64,000 nt of DNA from Octopus sinensis (taxonomy: Eukaryota), in NCBI RefSeq assembly GCF_006345805.1, contig NC_043000.1:142476001-142540000 (forward strand), written 5' to 3'. Numbering within the stretch: the first letter of the stretch is position 1; each line of letters opens with the position of its first letter. The notes below the pieces were generated by a model. The model was given only the letters and a program-made list of their open reading frames with translations. It had not been told where the DNA came from and searched no databases. The position numbers and the translations under genes are program-made. This document shows positions 23,740-37,463 of the stretch, piece by piece.

Positions 23740-24945
23740 TGTGATAATAACTTAATTTATCAAGAAATGCTATGAGGATAAGAATAAAACTTTCCTATAA
23801 TGTTATTTAGTAAAGCCACCTTCAGGTTCCGCAGTAGTTTCCATATGAGATCTAAATTATCTACATGCTCGAATCAAGTGGCCCTGATTCTTTTTGGACA
23901 TATACCTGAGTATGGCAGATTTAAATAACCTTTGAAGTTATGTGCTTGTTCACTGACCTCTTTTAATAACACTCTACGTGTAATAGTCCAATGGATTGAA
24001 ATCTGGGAAATTAGGAGGCTAAACGTTAGAGGTTATGGGATCATGAAAATTTTCAGCCATCCATAACTGTGTTACTAGAGCCATGTGTGATAGTACAGAG
24101 TCTTACTGAAACATATGGCCTTCGATTGTATACACTGTAAGTCCAGGGTTCAACAATTATTTCCAGGACCTCAATGTAGGCGTGAGAGTTAACTATAAAG
24201 CTTTGTGGAAAGAAGTAAAGAGGCATCATCAGTCCTTCATTACTGACAACCCTAAAAACCTTGACAGTTGCAGGAAACTTTGTTTGCATAACACTTGGAA
24301 CTTCGGAAGGGTCGGCATATAACCATCTGTCATTTCTTCTATTAACTTTTTGATCTTGGTCGACGTTTTTCTCCTTTGAGAAAAACTAAATAAAATTCTC
24401 GTTTGAGTAAAACAAATACAGGAATTTTCAGTTTGCTTAAGAGCCTTTTAGATCGGATGTGGTGATTTTCTTTTGCTTTTCCTTACAAATTGACCATTTC
24501 TCATCATTTAAGATTTATATCTGATGTCTTCGTAGACAACATTTCTGACCCTTCCTTCTGACACATAGAGATCTTTTGCGATTGACCCCATGGAGTTCCT
24601 TGGCATTGTAACCGATGGTCTGTTGAACTTGTTGGATAAATTCATGATTTCTGATGATTTCAGAGCGTTTAGAATGCTTATTATGCTTTAATACTGATAA
24701 TAATGTTCCATCTTCAGTCTCTAACTCCTTACAAACTTTGTAGATGAAAGATCTGGCAATTTTTTTAAAAATCGAGATATTTCTAAATCGCTATACTCAG
24801 CCTTTATAACCAAAATAACAGCTTGCCTCTTCATTTCTTAAAGTAAGCTGAGAGCCTGCCATTACTATTTTCTGAAACAAAAATTATACAGATTAAGCAA
24901 AATATGTAGCAATGAACCCAAATACCTTACGCACCCAATATATAA
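23740..24945 (-). mobile_element. Tc1/mariner transposon relic, maT/Bmmar1 (DD37D)-like
   Basis: Minus-strand pieces read MKRQAVILVIKAEYSDLEISRFLK..ARSFIYKVCKEL, then EKNVDQDQKVNRRNDRWLYADPSEVPSVMQTKFPATVKVFRVVSNEG..P.FFPQ...N..AYIEVLE..V.PW, then HLIRAC...EGGF at the C-terminus. Multiple stops and frameshifts; ends approximate. Confidence 0.8.
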
Positions 24946-25224
24946 ATGGGCTTGTGTGTGTATATATACATATATATATATCGGAAGGTTTGGAGATGAT
25001 GTACAGGTATTATATATTAGAAAAATTGAGGTAATCAGATCAGATGGTTCATATTTGTAGATATTTATTTATATATTACATTTTTTACATATATATCATA
25101 TCATTCGGATTAGCGCTTGCTCCCATTCTAGTGGGTTTTCAAATCAAATCAGTTGTGGGTAGTTTGAACCTTTTTATAGTTTCGTAGTAGTGGGTGAGGA
25201 GGAAGTGAGGCAGAGAGAAAATAT

Positions 25225-25226
25225 GT

Positions 25227-25268
<42 letters not shown>

Positions 25269-25756
25269 GTGTGTGTGTGTGTGTGCGCATTTATATCTGA
25301 GAGTGAAGAAGTGTTATTTCCGTTGGTCTGCTGGACCCCCTGTGGTTTTATAAGAACTTTGGCTGTCCATTTCAATGTCACTGAGTGTGTGTTGTGCATA
25401 GGTTGGCCTGGCAAATGTCATTTGGGGTCACACTTTCTATGATCATTCTGTGGAGGTGTGTGTGTGTGTGTGTCTCTGTGTGTCTGTGTGTGTTTTTGTG
25501 TGTGTGTGTGTGTGTGTGGTGTGTGTATGTGTGTGTGTGTGTGTGTCTGTGTGTTTGGAGAAGGGGAGAGAGACAAAAAGAAAAGGGAAAATAAAAATAA
25601 TAATAATAAAAATAAAAAATTAAAAAATAAATAAATAAATAAAATAAAATAAAAACAAAAATAAAAATAAAATAAAAAAATATAAAGAATAAATAAAAAT
25701 ATAAAGAATAAAAATAAAAAAATAAAAATAAAAATAAAAATAAAAAAATAAAAATA
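25225..25756. repeat. (TG)n arrays and an (AAAAT)n-like A-rich tract
   Basis: Direct reading: 25225-25290, 25455-25555, 25590-25756. Confidence 0.85.
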
Positions 25757-26059
25757 AGGGAGGAAGTGGAGAAGAAAAAATATTTTTGTGTGTTGATATT
25801 TATACCAACACATATATATACACACACACAGACTTATACATAAAATATTTGAAAAAACCTTTTTATCGGTTCAAAATGAACAACCAAATTATACCATCTT
25901 GAAAGTTGTATGTCATAGGAAAGTTAAAACTAAAGTGACAATTAAAGGGTAAAGATGGAAGTGAATTATAAAGATAATAATATATATGATGTATATAACA
26001 GGCAATACACACATCTACACACACACAGATTTTTCCTTCAATGTATGTTGAGTAAAGTT

Positions 26060-28300
26060 TCAGCCATTTAATTTGGGGGAGAACTTAGCTATGAAATGTT
26101 TTTTCATATTCCTCCTGAAGGGGGTGTCATTCTTCGGACACTTGTAGAAGGGAAATATCTTAAATTTTCCTTCTCCACATGTAGCTAGGTGTGTGCTTAG
26201 TGTATTTTGCGTAGTTCTTCCTGCCGAATATGTTGTCGGTGGATCCTGGCTCGCTGGCACAAAGAATTACCAGTTTCTCCTACGTAATTCTCCTTGCATG
26301 TGGGGCAGGTTATGCAGTATATGACGTTCTGCGTCTTGCAGTTCATATCTGCATTTACTTTGAATATGACACCATTTTTAAATCTTATCTCTCTGTTGCT
26401 CTCTATGTATTTGTAGGTGGGGTTGCTGCAGGTCCCACATCTACCATCTCCGCACTCTTTTGCGAAGAATTCCGTTTTAGTTTCTGAAGAGAATTCGCTC
26501 TTGTTAGGTGTTTTTTTAGGTTTTTGTCCTGTCGTCTACTGTTTTTTATGCTATATTTGTTTAATATGTTTTTCATTTTGGGGCTCTGTAAGGCTATTGG
26601 TAGGTTTGAATGTATGGTTTGGAAGATGTTGGTAACTCCAGGGTTGTGTGTGTTTATAAAAGGGATAGTGTTTTCTTTGTTTTTTGTTTTGGGTGTCCTG
26701 AGTTGTGTGATGTCTAGTTTTAATGCTCTTGTGATTCCATTTTCTATTAGTTTAAGGGGGTATTTTTGCTCTAGGAGGAAGCTTTTGAGTTCATCTAGTC
26801 TTATTAATCGTATTTGTGAATCAGTTACTATGCTACATATTCGTCGTGCCATACTATATGGGATGTTTCTTTTGTGTGGGATGGGTGGCAGGAGTGGAAA
26901 TTTAAGTATTGATGTGTGTCAGTTTTTTTGTAGTGGATGTCTGTTGTGACGATGGTTGTGTATTTTGATGTTGATGTCTAGGAAGGGAAGTTCGTTGTGG
27001 CTGGTATCTATTGTGAAATTGATAGATGGGTGCAGCGTATTGAGGATGTTGTGGAATGTTTGTAGGTCCTCTCTGATCTGTTCCAAAAGATGAAACAGTC
27101 ATCGAGGTAGCGTTTCCACTTTTTCTTGATGTCTTCTCTGAGTCGTGTTCGAAGACTTCCCTATTTCGTCATATAGTTTTTTCTCCAGGAAGCCCATCAC
27201 TAGGTTGGCATATGAAGGTGCGAATTTTGTACCCATAGCCGTGCCTTTTATCTGTCGGTATGTCTTGTTGTTGAATGAGAATGTGTTTTCTTCTAGTATT
27301 AGTTGGGTGGCTTGGTGATAAAGTTTGTCTTGAAGCGTTCATCTATAAGTTCTCTGTATTTTTCTATTGATTGTTTTATAGCTTCTAGACCTAGGGTGTG
27401 TGGTATGTTTGTGTATAGATTGTGACATCAAAGCTTGCAAGTATGGTGTTTTTCGGGACTGTATTTGGAATGTGTGTGAGGAAGTCTATGTCATCCCTTA
27501 TGTAGCTTGGAATCTGTGGGCATAGAGGTTTGAGGAGTATATCTATGAAGTGGCTTAGTTGTTGTGTTGGTGCCTGGGGTCCTGCCACTATTGGTCTCAT
27601 CGTGAGGTCTGCAGGTCTTTGTACTCTTATGTAGTGGTTCCTCTGTTCCTTTATGGCTCTCTGTATTTCCGAGCTTTTATGAATTTTAGGTAATCCATAA
27701 AAGTTGCTTTCTTTGGTTTGTGAGTTGCATAGATAATCTTCCTCCTTATCTGTAAAGGAGTCCTGATATTCATTGACTAAAGTTCTAATTTTTCTTATTG
27801 TTGTTTTCTCCGGTGGTGTTGGTTCCTCTTTGTAATATGTCTGGTTTTTCAGTAACTCTAGTATCTTTTCTTTGTAGTAATCTGTGTCCATAATTACTAT
27901 TGCTCCACCTTTGTCAGCTTCTTTTATAACGATTGATTTGTCATTTTTCAGTTTTTGTAGGGCTTGCTTTTCTTCTCTGCGGAGATTCTGTTTGCATTTG
28001 TGTGTGTGAAGAGGGAATTTGGATATTGTTTCTATGTACGTGTCAAGGTGTTTGTCACTTCCCTTGTAAGGGGTGAAGTGGGATTTTTTTCTTATGATTG
28101 AGTTATCTTCTGTTTCTTATTTTTCAAAGAATTCCATAAGGCGGAGGTAGCGGCTGAAGTTATCTATGTCAGTTTTTTAGTTCTATGAGTTTTGGAGTGG
28201 GTGTAGGTGTAAATTTGAGGCCTTTTAGTAGTAGTTTCATTTCATATTCGTCAAGTTCTCTTTTAGATAGTTTTATTATTTTGGGTCTATGTGTTTGGGG
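26060..28300 (-). mobile_element. Penelope-like retroelement (RT plus GIY-YIG), frameshifted
   Basis: N-terminal IIKLSKRELDEYEMKLLLKGLKFTPTP, then [51 protein letters not shown], catalytic [12 protein letters not shown] (~27085-27120) and GIY-YIG VIYCITCPTCKENYVGETGNSLCQRARIH (~26235-26320). The ORF is split by frameshifts. Confidence 0.95.
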
Positions 28301-28304
28301 TCTA

Positions 28305-28337
<33 letters not shown>

Positions 28338-28387
28338 GTCTGTATGTATATATGTACATACATATATATATATATATGAATATGTGT

Positions 28388-28418
<31 letters not shown>

Positions 28419-29002
28419 CATACACACAAACACATATACACACTTATGTGCCTATGTATATTTTTGTCTCCATATATGTGTATATATGCATATGTATGCA
28501 TATACATGGTTGTATAGTTCGATATATATATTCATACACATACATAGATGTACATAAATGGTGCCTTTGTGTATATGTACATAGACATCAGATGTATTTT
28601 CATTGATAATTATAAAAGAATACTTATTTCATATATTTGTGCGGGTTCATGTATTCTTACGTGCGCAACATTATACATTCTATACCCTTTATCTTTCGTA
28701 CTTTCTCTGTATCTTCATATCTCTAACTCATACTGAATGTAAATCTCTCTCTTTCTCTCTCTCTTTCTGTATCTTGGTAATATATACAGAAAGAGGAAGA
28801 TAAAGAGAGATGGAAAGAAACCGAGATAGACTGTCAGACATGACTGAAATATTGAGACACACAAATGCGTAAGTGAACGCATTTGTATGTTGTACGTACA
28901 CGTTTATGAGTATGAGAAAAAGAGGAGAGTGACAGACAAGATTAAAATCAATATGTGTGTGCATGTGCGTATATGCGTGAGTACGTGTTTAGGTGAGTGT
29001 GC

Positions 29003-29038
<36 letters not shown>

Positions 29039-29464
29039 TTTTGTGTTTATGTATGTTCATATATATGTATATATATATACATAAATATATATATGTTGTA
29101 TATGAATACTTGTGTGTGTATGTATATATGTATATATATATATGGATATTTATATATATATGTGTGTGTGTGGGTGTGTTTGTGTTTGGTATGTATATAT
29201 AAATTTCTATTAAAATGTCGATCAAACAACAGGTGATAATTTTGCAATAAATCTGAAAATTAAAGACGCAATCGCGAGATAGAGAAAGAAAAGACAAATA
29301 TTAAAGACGGATCTGTGAGAAAAGAATGAGCAAATTATATATTCACACACACACACACACACACAAAAGCACAAACAAACATACACACACAAACTCACGT
29401 ATATATATATTTATATTCATATACATAAATGTTATGCCTGTAAATATGTATGTATATATATATC

Positions 29465-29508
<44 letters not shown>

Positions 29509-30294
29509 GTGTGTGTGGTGTGTGTGTGTGTGTGGTGTGTGTGTGTGTGTCTTTGCATCTGTGTATGTATATCATTGTATTTATTCCACTGTTTCAGTAT
29601 CGATATTCCGAATTGAATACAAAAGTAATTATTTTTTCGTTTTAAGAAATCAATAAATAATCATCATATAATTTTACACCACTTGGTTCAAACTGTGTCT
29701 TCGTTTGTGTTAGGTCGGGCCTGTAAGAATTGTTCGGCAGAAAAGATAGATTTTTTCTGCTTCCGTAATAGAATTGCCGGTTGATTTATGTACTAAAACA
29801 GATTGAAATAAACACACACACACACACACTCACACGAATCTCTCTCTCACTATCCATCTAGCTCTCTTCCTACCTTCCTCTCTCTCTCTCTCTCTCTCTC
29901 TGTATAGTAACTGCCCAAAATAGTAAGGACGTCTAGTAACTTGACAAAGGAAAGAAGGCCACGAAAGACCCGTCTTTTTTTGCCTGTTCTAATTGTTGTT
30001 TCTCCTCTTTGCCTTAGTATCGTCTATCTGTCCGAATGTTTTATTGTCCTCTATTGCGTTTTTGTTCCTTTATATATATATATATGCAAGGCATCTAATT
30101 TCCGCTGTATATTCGGCATCACACACTTCTTCACGTGAGGAGCGGGACTAATGTTCAAATCTAGTCAGTTTCCGTTTTCTGCTGTTAGAGACAAACACAG
30201 TCACGCATAAACATTAATGCATACATGTATAAATGTTTCCATACATTTATAAATACACTTGTGTGTGCAAATGTATGTATGTTTATATGTGTGT

Positions 30295-30325
<31 letters not shown>

Positions 30326-30398
30326 CGTTTGACTGTATGTGCCTGTATGTATGCATGCCTACCTGAATATTTAATTATAAATACATATTTGTATACTA

Positions 30399-30785
30399 TT
30401 TTACTCTTTTACTTGTTTCAGTCATTTGACTGCGGCCATGCTGGAGCACCGCCTTTAGTCGAGCAACTCGACCCCGGGACTTATTCTTTGTAAGCCCAGT
30501 ACTTATTCTATCGGTCTCTTTTGCCGAACTGCTAAGTGACGGAGACATAAACACACCACCATCGGTTGTCAAGCAATGCTAGGGGGACAAACACATACAC
30601 ATACACATATATATACATATATACGACAGGCTTCTTTCAGTTTTCGTCTACCAAATCCACTCACAAGGCATTGGTCGACCCAGGCTATAGCAGAAGACAC
30701 TTGCCCAAGATGCCACGCAGTGGGACTGAACCCGGAACCATGTGGTTGGTTAGCAAGCTACTTACCACACAGCCACTCCTGCGCC
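30399..30785 (-). mobile_element. SINE family A, full length
   Basis: Near-consensus reverse-complement copy. Confidence 0.95.
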
Positions 30786-31760
30786 TATGTGTATATAAAA
30801 AAGCAAACGTGTTGTTTGAATACTGTCGCACCCAATCCAAAGTGTTTCAGGTTTTTGCGTCTATGTAATTTATCATTTATATTCGACAGCATATTAAACA
30901 GTAATTTGGCTGGGAGTAAAAATATTTGATGGTTTCATTGTTTTTTACACCTTTCTTTGAAAGGCAACGTTGTTACCTATTGCTTAGGAGATACGTAACT
31001 ATTATCATGGAAGTGATATGAAATTTGGAATATCCAATCGCCAGATATCATTATTGTAGTATTGGAAAGTTCCAAATGAGGGAGAATATATGCTTGTTGA
31101 CCAATCTACTGATATTTGTTCGTCATTGCTTTAGTGAGTTGTAATCGATAAAATGTTTTTGGCAAACAGAGCAGAAATGTTCTAGATACTACGGTTCTTC
31201 TACCCATACGAACGTCAAATTCTTGATATAACTCTTTTGTTAATTAGCTCCTAATCAGAAATGAAGAATATACACCGAGGAACAGTTTTCACCACGAAAT
31301 ATTTGTATCGGTAATTCTGATGTCTGAGATATTTAGCAACCTTCAGGATATTTCTTTCCAAGATTAGGCAGGCTGAGATATATTTTGCTTCAATTCGTAT
31401 GTGCATTGCTTATTTCTCTGTGCTATGTTACGTACAAGCATGTAATGTTTCCGTCGACGATGATTTTGAGCTTAGCAGATTGTACAGATATGGGATTTTT
31501 TTTTCTTCATAAAAATCAAATTCCAGAAGCTACAAAGGAGTGAGAAATGTTATTGTCTGCATTGAAGTTTACATTAAAACCAACAAATGCTATATCCCAA
31601 TAACGGTTCCTTCTAGACACTTCCATTATCTAATTTACAATTTTTTTTTATGATAAACACTGAAGATTATGTGACCAACGAAACTCAAACAAATATCTAC
31701 TGTCGTAAATTCTTAGAGATGGTACGTATGAACACAGGCGTATTCTTTTTTTTTTTTTTT

Positions 31761-32150
31761 TACTTGTTTCAGTCATTTGACTGCGGCCATGCTGGAGCAC
31801 CGCCTTTAGTCGAGCAAATCGACCCCGGGAATTATTCTTTGTAAGCGCAGTACTTATTCTATCGGTCTCTTTTTGCCGAACCGCTAAGTGACGGGGACGT
31901 AAACACACTAGCATCGGTTGTCAAGCAATGCTAGGGGGACAAACACAGACACACACACATACACACATACTTATATATATATATACATATATACGACAGG
32001 CTTCTTTCAGTTTCCGTCTACCAAATCCACTCACAAGGCATTGGTCGGCCCGAGGCTATAGTAGAAGACAGTTGCCCAAGATGCGACGCAGTGGGACTGA
32101 ACCCGGAACCATGTGGTGGGTTAGCAAGCTACTTACCACACAGCCACTCC
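31761..32150 (-). mobile_element. SINE family A, near full length, poly(A) tail
   Basis: Near-consensus copy with a T run at 31746-31760. Confidence 0.95.
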
Positions 32151-32581
32151 AGGTAAAATATCTCCTGGATATTTGAAACGTCGTAACTAATTCATATTGT
32201 TCTATACGTCACATTGTACTCATTTTCAATAGCACACTAAGAATGTTTCAATTGTATGCAAAATTACACGTTTCTTTCCTCGTCTTTGCAAATGTCAACT
32301 TTATATTCATCTATCGTCGTCGATAGATGAATACAGCAAAACGAAAACGAGAATATTTATTTATCAATGTCGGCTTAGGAGACAAGTTGTTTTTGAAACA
32401 AAGTTTCTCAACGATAATAATATTTCAGCTAAATTGTTTAAAAACTTTTACTTTAGGCTGTTTGATATCTAACTGGTTCTGATATTTTTCGAATCATCTT
32501 CCCTAAATATAATCTGTACATCCCTCCATCTCGTTCGTTTGCATCCTTACAGGCGTGTGAAAAATTTTTTTCAGGATCGAG

Positions 32582-32979
32582 TACTCTCTTTACTCTTTAC
32601 TCTTTCACTTGTTTCAGTCATTTTGACTGCGGCCATGCTGGAGCACCGCCTTTAGTCGTGCAAATCGACCCCAGGACTTATTCTTTGTAAGCGCAGTACT
32701 TATTCTATCGGTCTCTTTTTGCCGAATAGCTAAGTGACGGGGACGTAAACACACCAGCATCGGGGACAAACACAGGCACACAAACACACACGTGTATATA
32801 TATATATACGTATATACGACAGGCTTCTTTCAGTTTCCGTCTACCAAATCCACTCACAAGGCATTGGTCGGCCCGGGGTTATAGCAGAAGGCACTTGCCC
32901 AAGATGCCACGCAGTGGGACTGAACCAGGAACCATGTGGTTGGGTAGCAAGCTACTTACCACACAGCCACTTTTGCGCC
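32582..32979 (-). mobile_element. SINE family A, full length
   Basis: Near-consensus copy with a (TACTCTT)n tail. Confidence 0.95.
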
Positions 32980-34014
32980 TTTCTAGTTATCTACTTAGAA
33001 TCAATTTTACAGAAATAATCCAATTTTTGTGAAGAAATAATTAATTTGCATTGCATTGAACATCCCACTTTGTCTTAATGAGACAGTTTCACTTTATATC
33101 CAAATTTTCTTAGTATGACAAGGTGTGCCTGAGTCTGCCGGACAATTGTTTATTACATATGAAGTTTGTAGGATACTATTTGGATAAAGGGAAATATAAA
33201 ACTATTACTTACATTTTACCCCCAGCTCATTGCGACAGTAATGATACATATTTCCAGCTGAAAATTGAAACCAGATCTCATGCTCATGTGACTTTTACTT
33301 GCTCCTCTAACGAGCAATAAAAATGACAATGATATGAAAAGAAAACCGCAATAATAGATTAACAAAGAAAGCAGCTGAAATATTAATTATACAATATATT
33401 AGTTTGGGATGATAATTTAACTACTTACTATTTATTTTATTCGGAAGCGACGCCATTTAATGAGCATTAGTCTCGTATTTTCTTTCTTATTAAGTCTTTT
33501 CCATTGTATTTAAGCAAGTTTAATTTGTTTGGTGGATGACAGTCCATCGTGATTTGATGCCTGCTATCTTTTCAAATGCTACATATCTGTATAGTTGCAA
33601 AAGTTGAAGTGCTTACGCAACATACTGATGTGCATACATTTACAGCAAATTAGACAAATACATGTAATTAAACTTACACATACATACACAGGCTTTTTAT
33701 TGGATTACATGCATTCATTCAATTACTATAGTGAAATGTGCCTCATATAATTAGTTTGTATTACTATCGTAAATATATTTATTATTCTATTGTTTTATAT
33801 TTCACTTCCATTTTGATGCTATTTGCTATCGTAATGGCGTCTAAGTTTTAAGTTCAAACTCCGTCAGAAACAAAGAGGTCTGGTACTGTCTTGAGACCAT
33901 GCAGTACAGTATACGTTGCGGAAGATTTCTTCCTTTCTATACATCATGATGGACTAAACTAGATATCAAGGACGTTATAGCTGTTGTGAAGTTTTGTCGA
34001 TGTTGTTGTTTCTT

Positions 34015-34322
34015 GTGTGACAGCGCGTGGTTAGGTTATTTGGCTCACGGTCGTAATATTGTAAGTTCGAATGTCGGTTGTGCCTTGTGTCCTTGAGCAA
34101 GACACCTCATTTCACGTTGCTGCAGTCCACTCAATTGACAAAAATGAGTTTTACCTGTTCTTCAAGGGCCAGCCTTGCTACATTCTGAGTCACGTAAACG
34201 GTCCATGAAAACTGCGATAAGTGTATGCATGTCTGTGGAGTGCTCAGCCACATGCACTTTAATTTCACCAGCACTTTGTTCCGTTGATCTGATCAACTGA
34301 TCCTTCGTCGTCATAACCGATG
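34015..34322 (+). mobile_element. SINE family C
   Basis: tRNA-like head (GCGCGTGGTTAGG...AAGTTCGAATG) followed by GTGTCCTTGAGCAAGACAC..ATTTCACGTTGCTGCAGTCCACTCA, a SINE core-like segment. Single copy in the window. Confidence 0.6.
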
Positions 34323-36029
34323 GAGGCTAGTTCTTCTTTGTCATCCCAAATAGAGCAGACATATATTCGAAGGTTTTGCAGCCACAATCATTTTGTTTTG
34401 TTTTGTATCCGTAACTACAATGACCAGTGTCTTCATTCTTCTAAAACACGTTAGTTTTAGAGAAAAACCTTACGTTATGAGTGCCTCATACAATGAATCT
34501 ATTTGGGCTCTTTAATTAACTAACTAATTTATATAGATATTTATCTATTTATTTATATATTGTGGCTCATCGATATTTGTCGTAATAGTTTTAAATTACA
34601 TTGTATCCTACGTGAGGTTATCTAAACACAAATATTTTCATGTAAATTAATGTAACTAGCGTTATTCACTTTCAGAAACTTTTATATCCATAGCTCCAAA
34701 TATTTGCTGCATCTCGACAACACTTATGTATATTCTGCAACCGAATACTTCTACCACCACACAAAAATCATACACAGCATTAAAATATAAGCTATCAGAC
34801 CGAGTGGAAACACTTTTCACTAACTACTCTTTTTGTCTATTGATTCGCAAGTGAAAAGGGCTTCATTCCTTCCAAAGTAGATGCCAACCCTCTATAACAA
34901 CTTAGCTCAATACTTTCTTGGCAAAACATAGCATTTTTGCTGCAATCATCGATCTGTATTTCCTTAATTTAAGCATCATCTGCAAAATCCTTTTTCCAAC
35001 AAACATATACTTTTAAAATTCCTTTTCTAAATTGTATCCCAAGTAAGATTGGAACATCTCAGAGTAGATCTTTAAAATATCTCATCATTGTTCTTATTTA
35101 TGAATAACATTTCTTCCACATCGTACTCTATCACATAATTTAGCTGTTCATCTCCCAGCACAGTGATAGAATTATAATTAGAAAATCAACAAACTAGTTA
35201 TTTTTCTTAGATTAATTTCTCTAAAACTTTCAAGATGTGCAACATAAAGCACTTGTAGATTTAAAATGGCCACCAAATAGAAAATTATTGGAAAGAGACA
35301 GAATTACCACTCAAAAGTTAAAAGAAGCGTGGTCTGTTAATGGCTATGAAATATTTTTCAGCTGCTGGTCTCCAGAATTTTCCCATATTTTAATAACATT
35401 TCAAGATTTGCTACGTTTTGTTTTTATGTATTATTTATAAATTTTTTGCAAGAAATTCCTGTCTTTTATTGTTTTTCTTCTTGTATTCAAACTAAGAACA
35501 ATTGAATTACACTGAACCGGAGATTCTCCTTCGCAAATCGCAACCATACAGCATAATAGAGTAAGACTAAATAATATGTGTAAAATGTACTTTATATGAA
35601 ATAATGTGTTTTTCTTCTTTCCTTCTTTTTGCTGAAACATTTATAAATCACAAAGGAATATTAGAAGTTATAAGAACCAATTTGGTACAGATCAGAGAAA
35701 CAAGCACCCTGTAGACGCTACCTACGTATCTATTTTACGGAACACTCACCCCGATACTAATTGCATTACAGATCACCAAACAATTTCTACCTTCTAAATT
35801 ATGTTTAAATTTATTTTTCGACTTGTTTCTTAAATTGACGCCTATATTGTCCAATATTCTTTAGCATTGAAAATTTTTCATTTAAGTAATTCATATATAT
35901 TTTAAATAATACACCTCCATGCCCGCAAACAACAATCACGGATATGGATAAAGAAAGTCGATGTTTTTTTCATAAAAGGTGATCGACCACATCATCATTT
36001 CTCATCGCTAAAGGTCATTTGCTACTAAC

Positions 36030-36275
36030 TACTGCGGGGTCATTCCTAAAAGCTCTACCTGCGACGATTTCATCTCAATCGAAGGAGAGGAGCTTTCTCC
36101 GTCCGGGTTGCGGATCCATGGAACAAGCTGCCAGACGAGATGGTGAAGATGCCGACGACCGCTTTGTTCAAAGCCTCCCTGGACCTCAAGTGGCCTGAAC
36201 TCTTTACATGAACACCACCCTGTACTTAACTCCATGTCCCCCTACATGGCCTTGCTATTTGCTTTTGAGCCAAAT

Positions 36276-36308
<33 letters not shown>
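36030..36308 (+). mobile_element. CR1 LINE 3' fragment with (TAAC)n tail
   Basis: The + frame reads LRGHS.KLYLRRFHLNRRRGAFSVRVADPWNKLPDEMVKMPTTALFKASLDLKWPELF, a classic CR1 ORF2 end. The tail is (TAAC)n at ~36277-36308. Confidence 0.85.
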
Positions 36309-36309
36309 G

Positions 36310-37062
36310 CTTCTACAGAGGAACTCAACTCGGCAATACCGACCTTTGAACGTTGGCTGCGACATACAAGTTGAATTGGTGAGTGGACCCAACCACTAAT
36401 ATAAGCCCCACTCTGACTCATCCTGTCTCCGTGATCTCAACATCACCTCTAAATTCACGAGCTCTATCGCCAATCGCTTCAGTGCTTTGGCCGAGGATGA
36501 GACTAACAAATGAGAGATCTTCAAATCAAGCGTCAACCAGTCTGCAAACGATATCCTGGTAAACTCAAAACTTTTGCGCAGGTGACCCAAGATTGCACTG
36601 CAGGCGCAGATCTTACCCCGGTAATCAAATGCAGATATGGTCTATCTGCCGGGGTCATGTAAACCCAATGAAACTCTTTTCGTGATGCCGTTCTATCCAC
36701 CGAAAAACAAAGATCCGCATCTGCAATGCGTCGGTTCTCTCCTTTCTCTTCTATGAAGCAGAAACGTGGCACTTCACGAAGTCCTGTATCCTTCACCTTA
36801 CCAGGGCTTTACACTCATTCGACACAGCAGCTAGCCTGGAAGAGGTCCCATGAAAGGCCACGCACTAGATGGCTGGATGTGATCAAGTAAGATTACCCAA
36901 GGCTTGACAGCATATTGGAGAATGCTGAGGGGTTGGCAGTGAACCGCCAGCAATGGTGAGCTCAAGTGACCTTGCTCGGCTCCACGCATGATGACGCCAC
37001 TGGGGATCACTAACCTGAGATTAAACCAGCCTCATCAAGACAGAGCATGAAGCAAGCAAGGA
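36310..37062 (+). mobile_element. RTE-like LINE fragments with internal deletions
   Basis: TKIRICNASVLSFLFYEAETW (~36705-36770) and WKRSHERPRTRWLDVIK (~36837-36890). The 3' end is homologous to 62440-62660. Confidence 0.7.
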
Positions 37063-37320
37063 AAGTTATATTCTCTTAGTATATATGTAACGTTGTGTGT
37101 TGATCAGTAGGTTCGGACAGATTTCAGTATAGAATCTCGCAATTTCCTGTCTTTATACATATACATTTGCTGAGAATCTTTTGAGGGCAAGTTTTATGTC
37201 AGAGTATATTTCTCCCAGAAGAGGTGCCATCCACACAGCTTTGTATAAAATAATAGAAGCGTCCTCTAACTACGGATTAAGTACTAACGTACTGGAACAT
37301 AACTTATGAATAATAGTAAT

Positions 37321-37463
37321 TGTTGTGTGGACGCCCCCATGCGATGAAGTAGGCTAGCCCAATACGTAGATATAGAGGGAGAAGTATAGACGTCGTCAGA
37401 GCACAGTAGTAGTCAAGAGTCGAGAACGGTTGAGTAGCATTCATCCGAACGTGCGACATAACA
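37321..37463. mobile_element. Short solo LTR (143 bp)
   Basis: Termini TGTTGTG...CATAACA, with a perfect 5-bp TSD GTAAT at 37316-37320 and 37464-37468. Confidence 0.7.
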
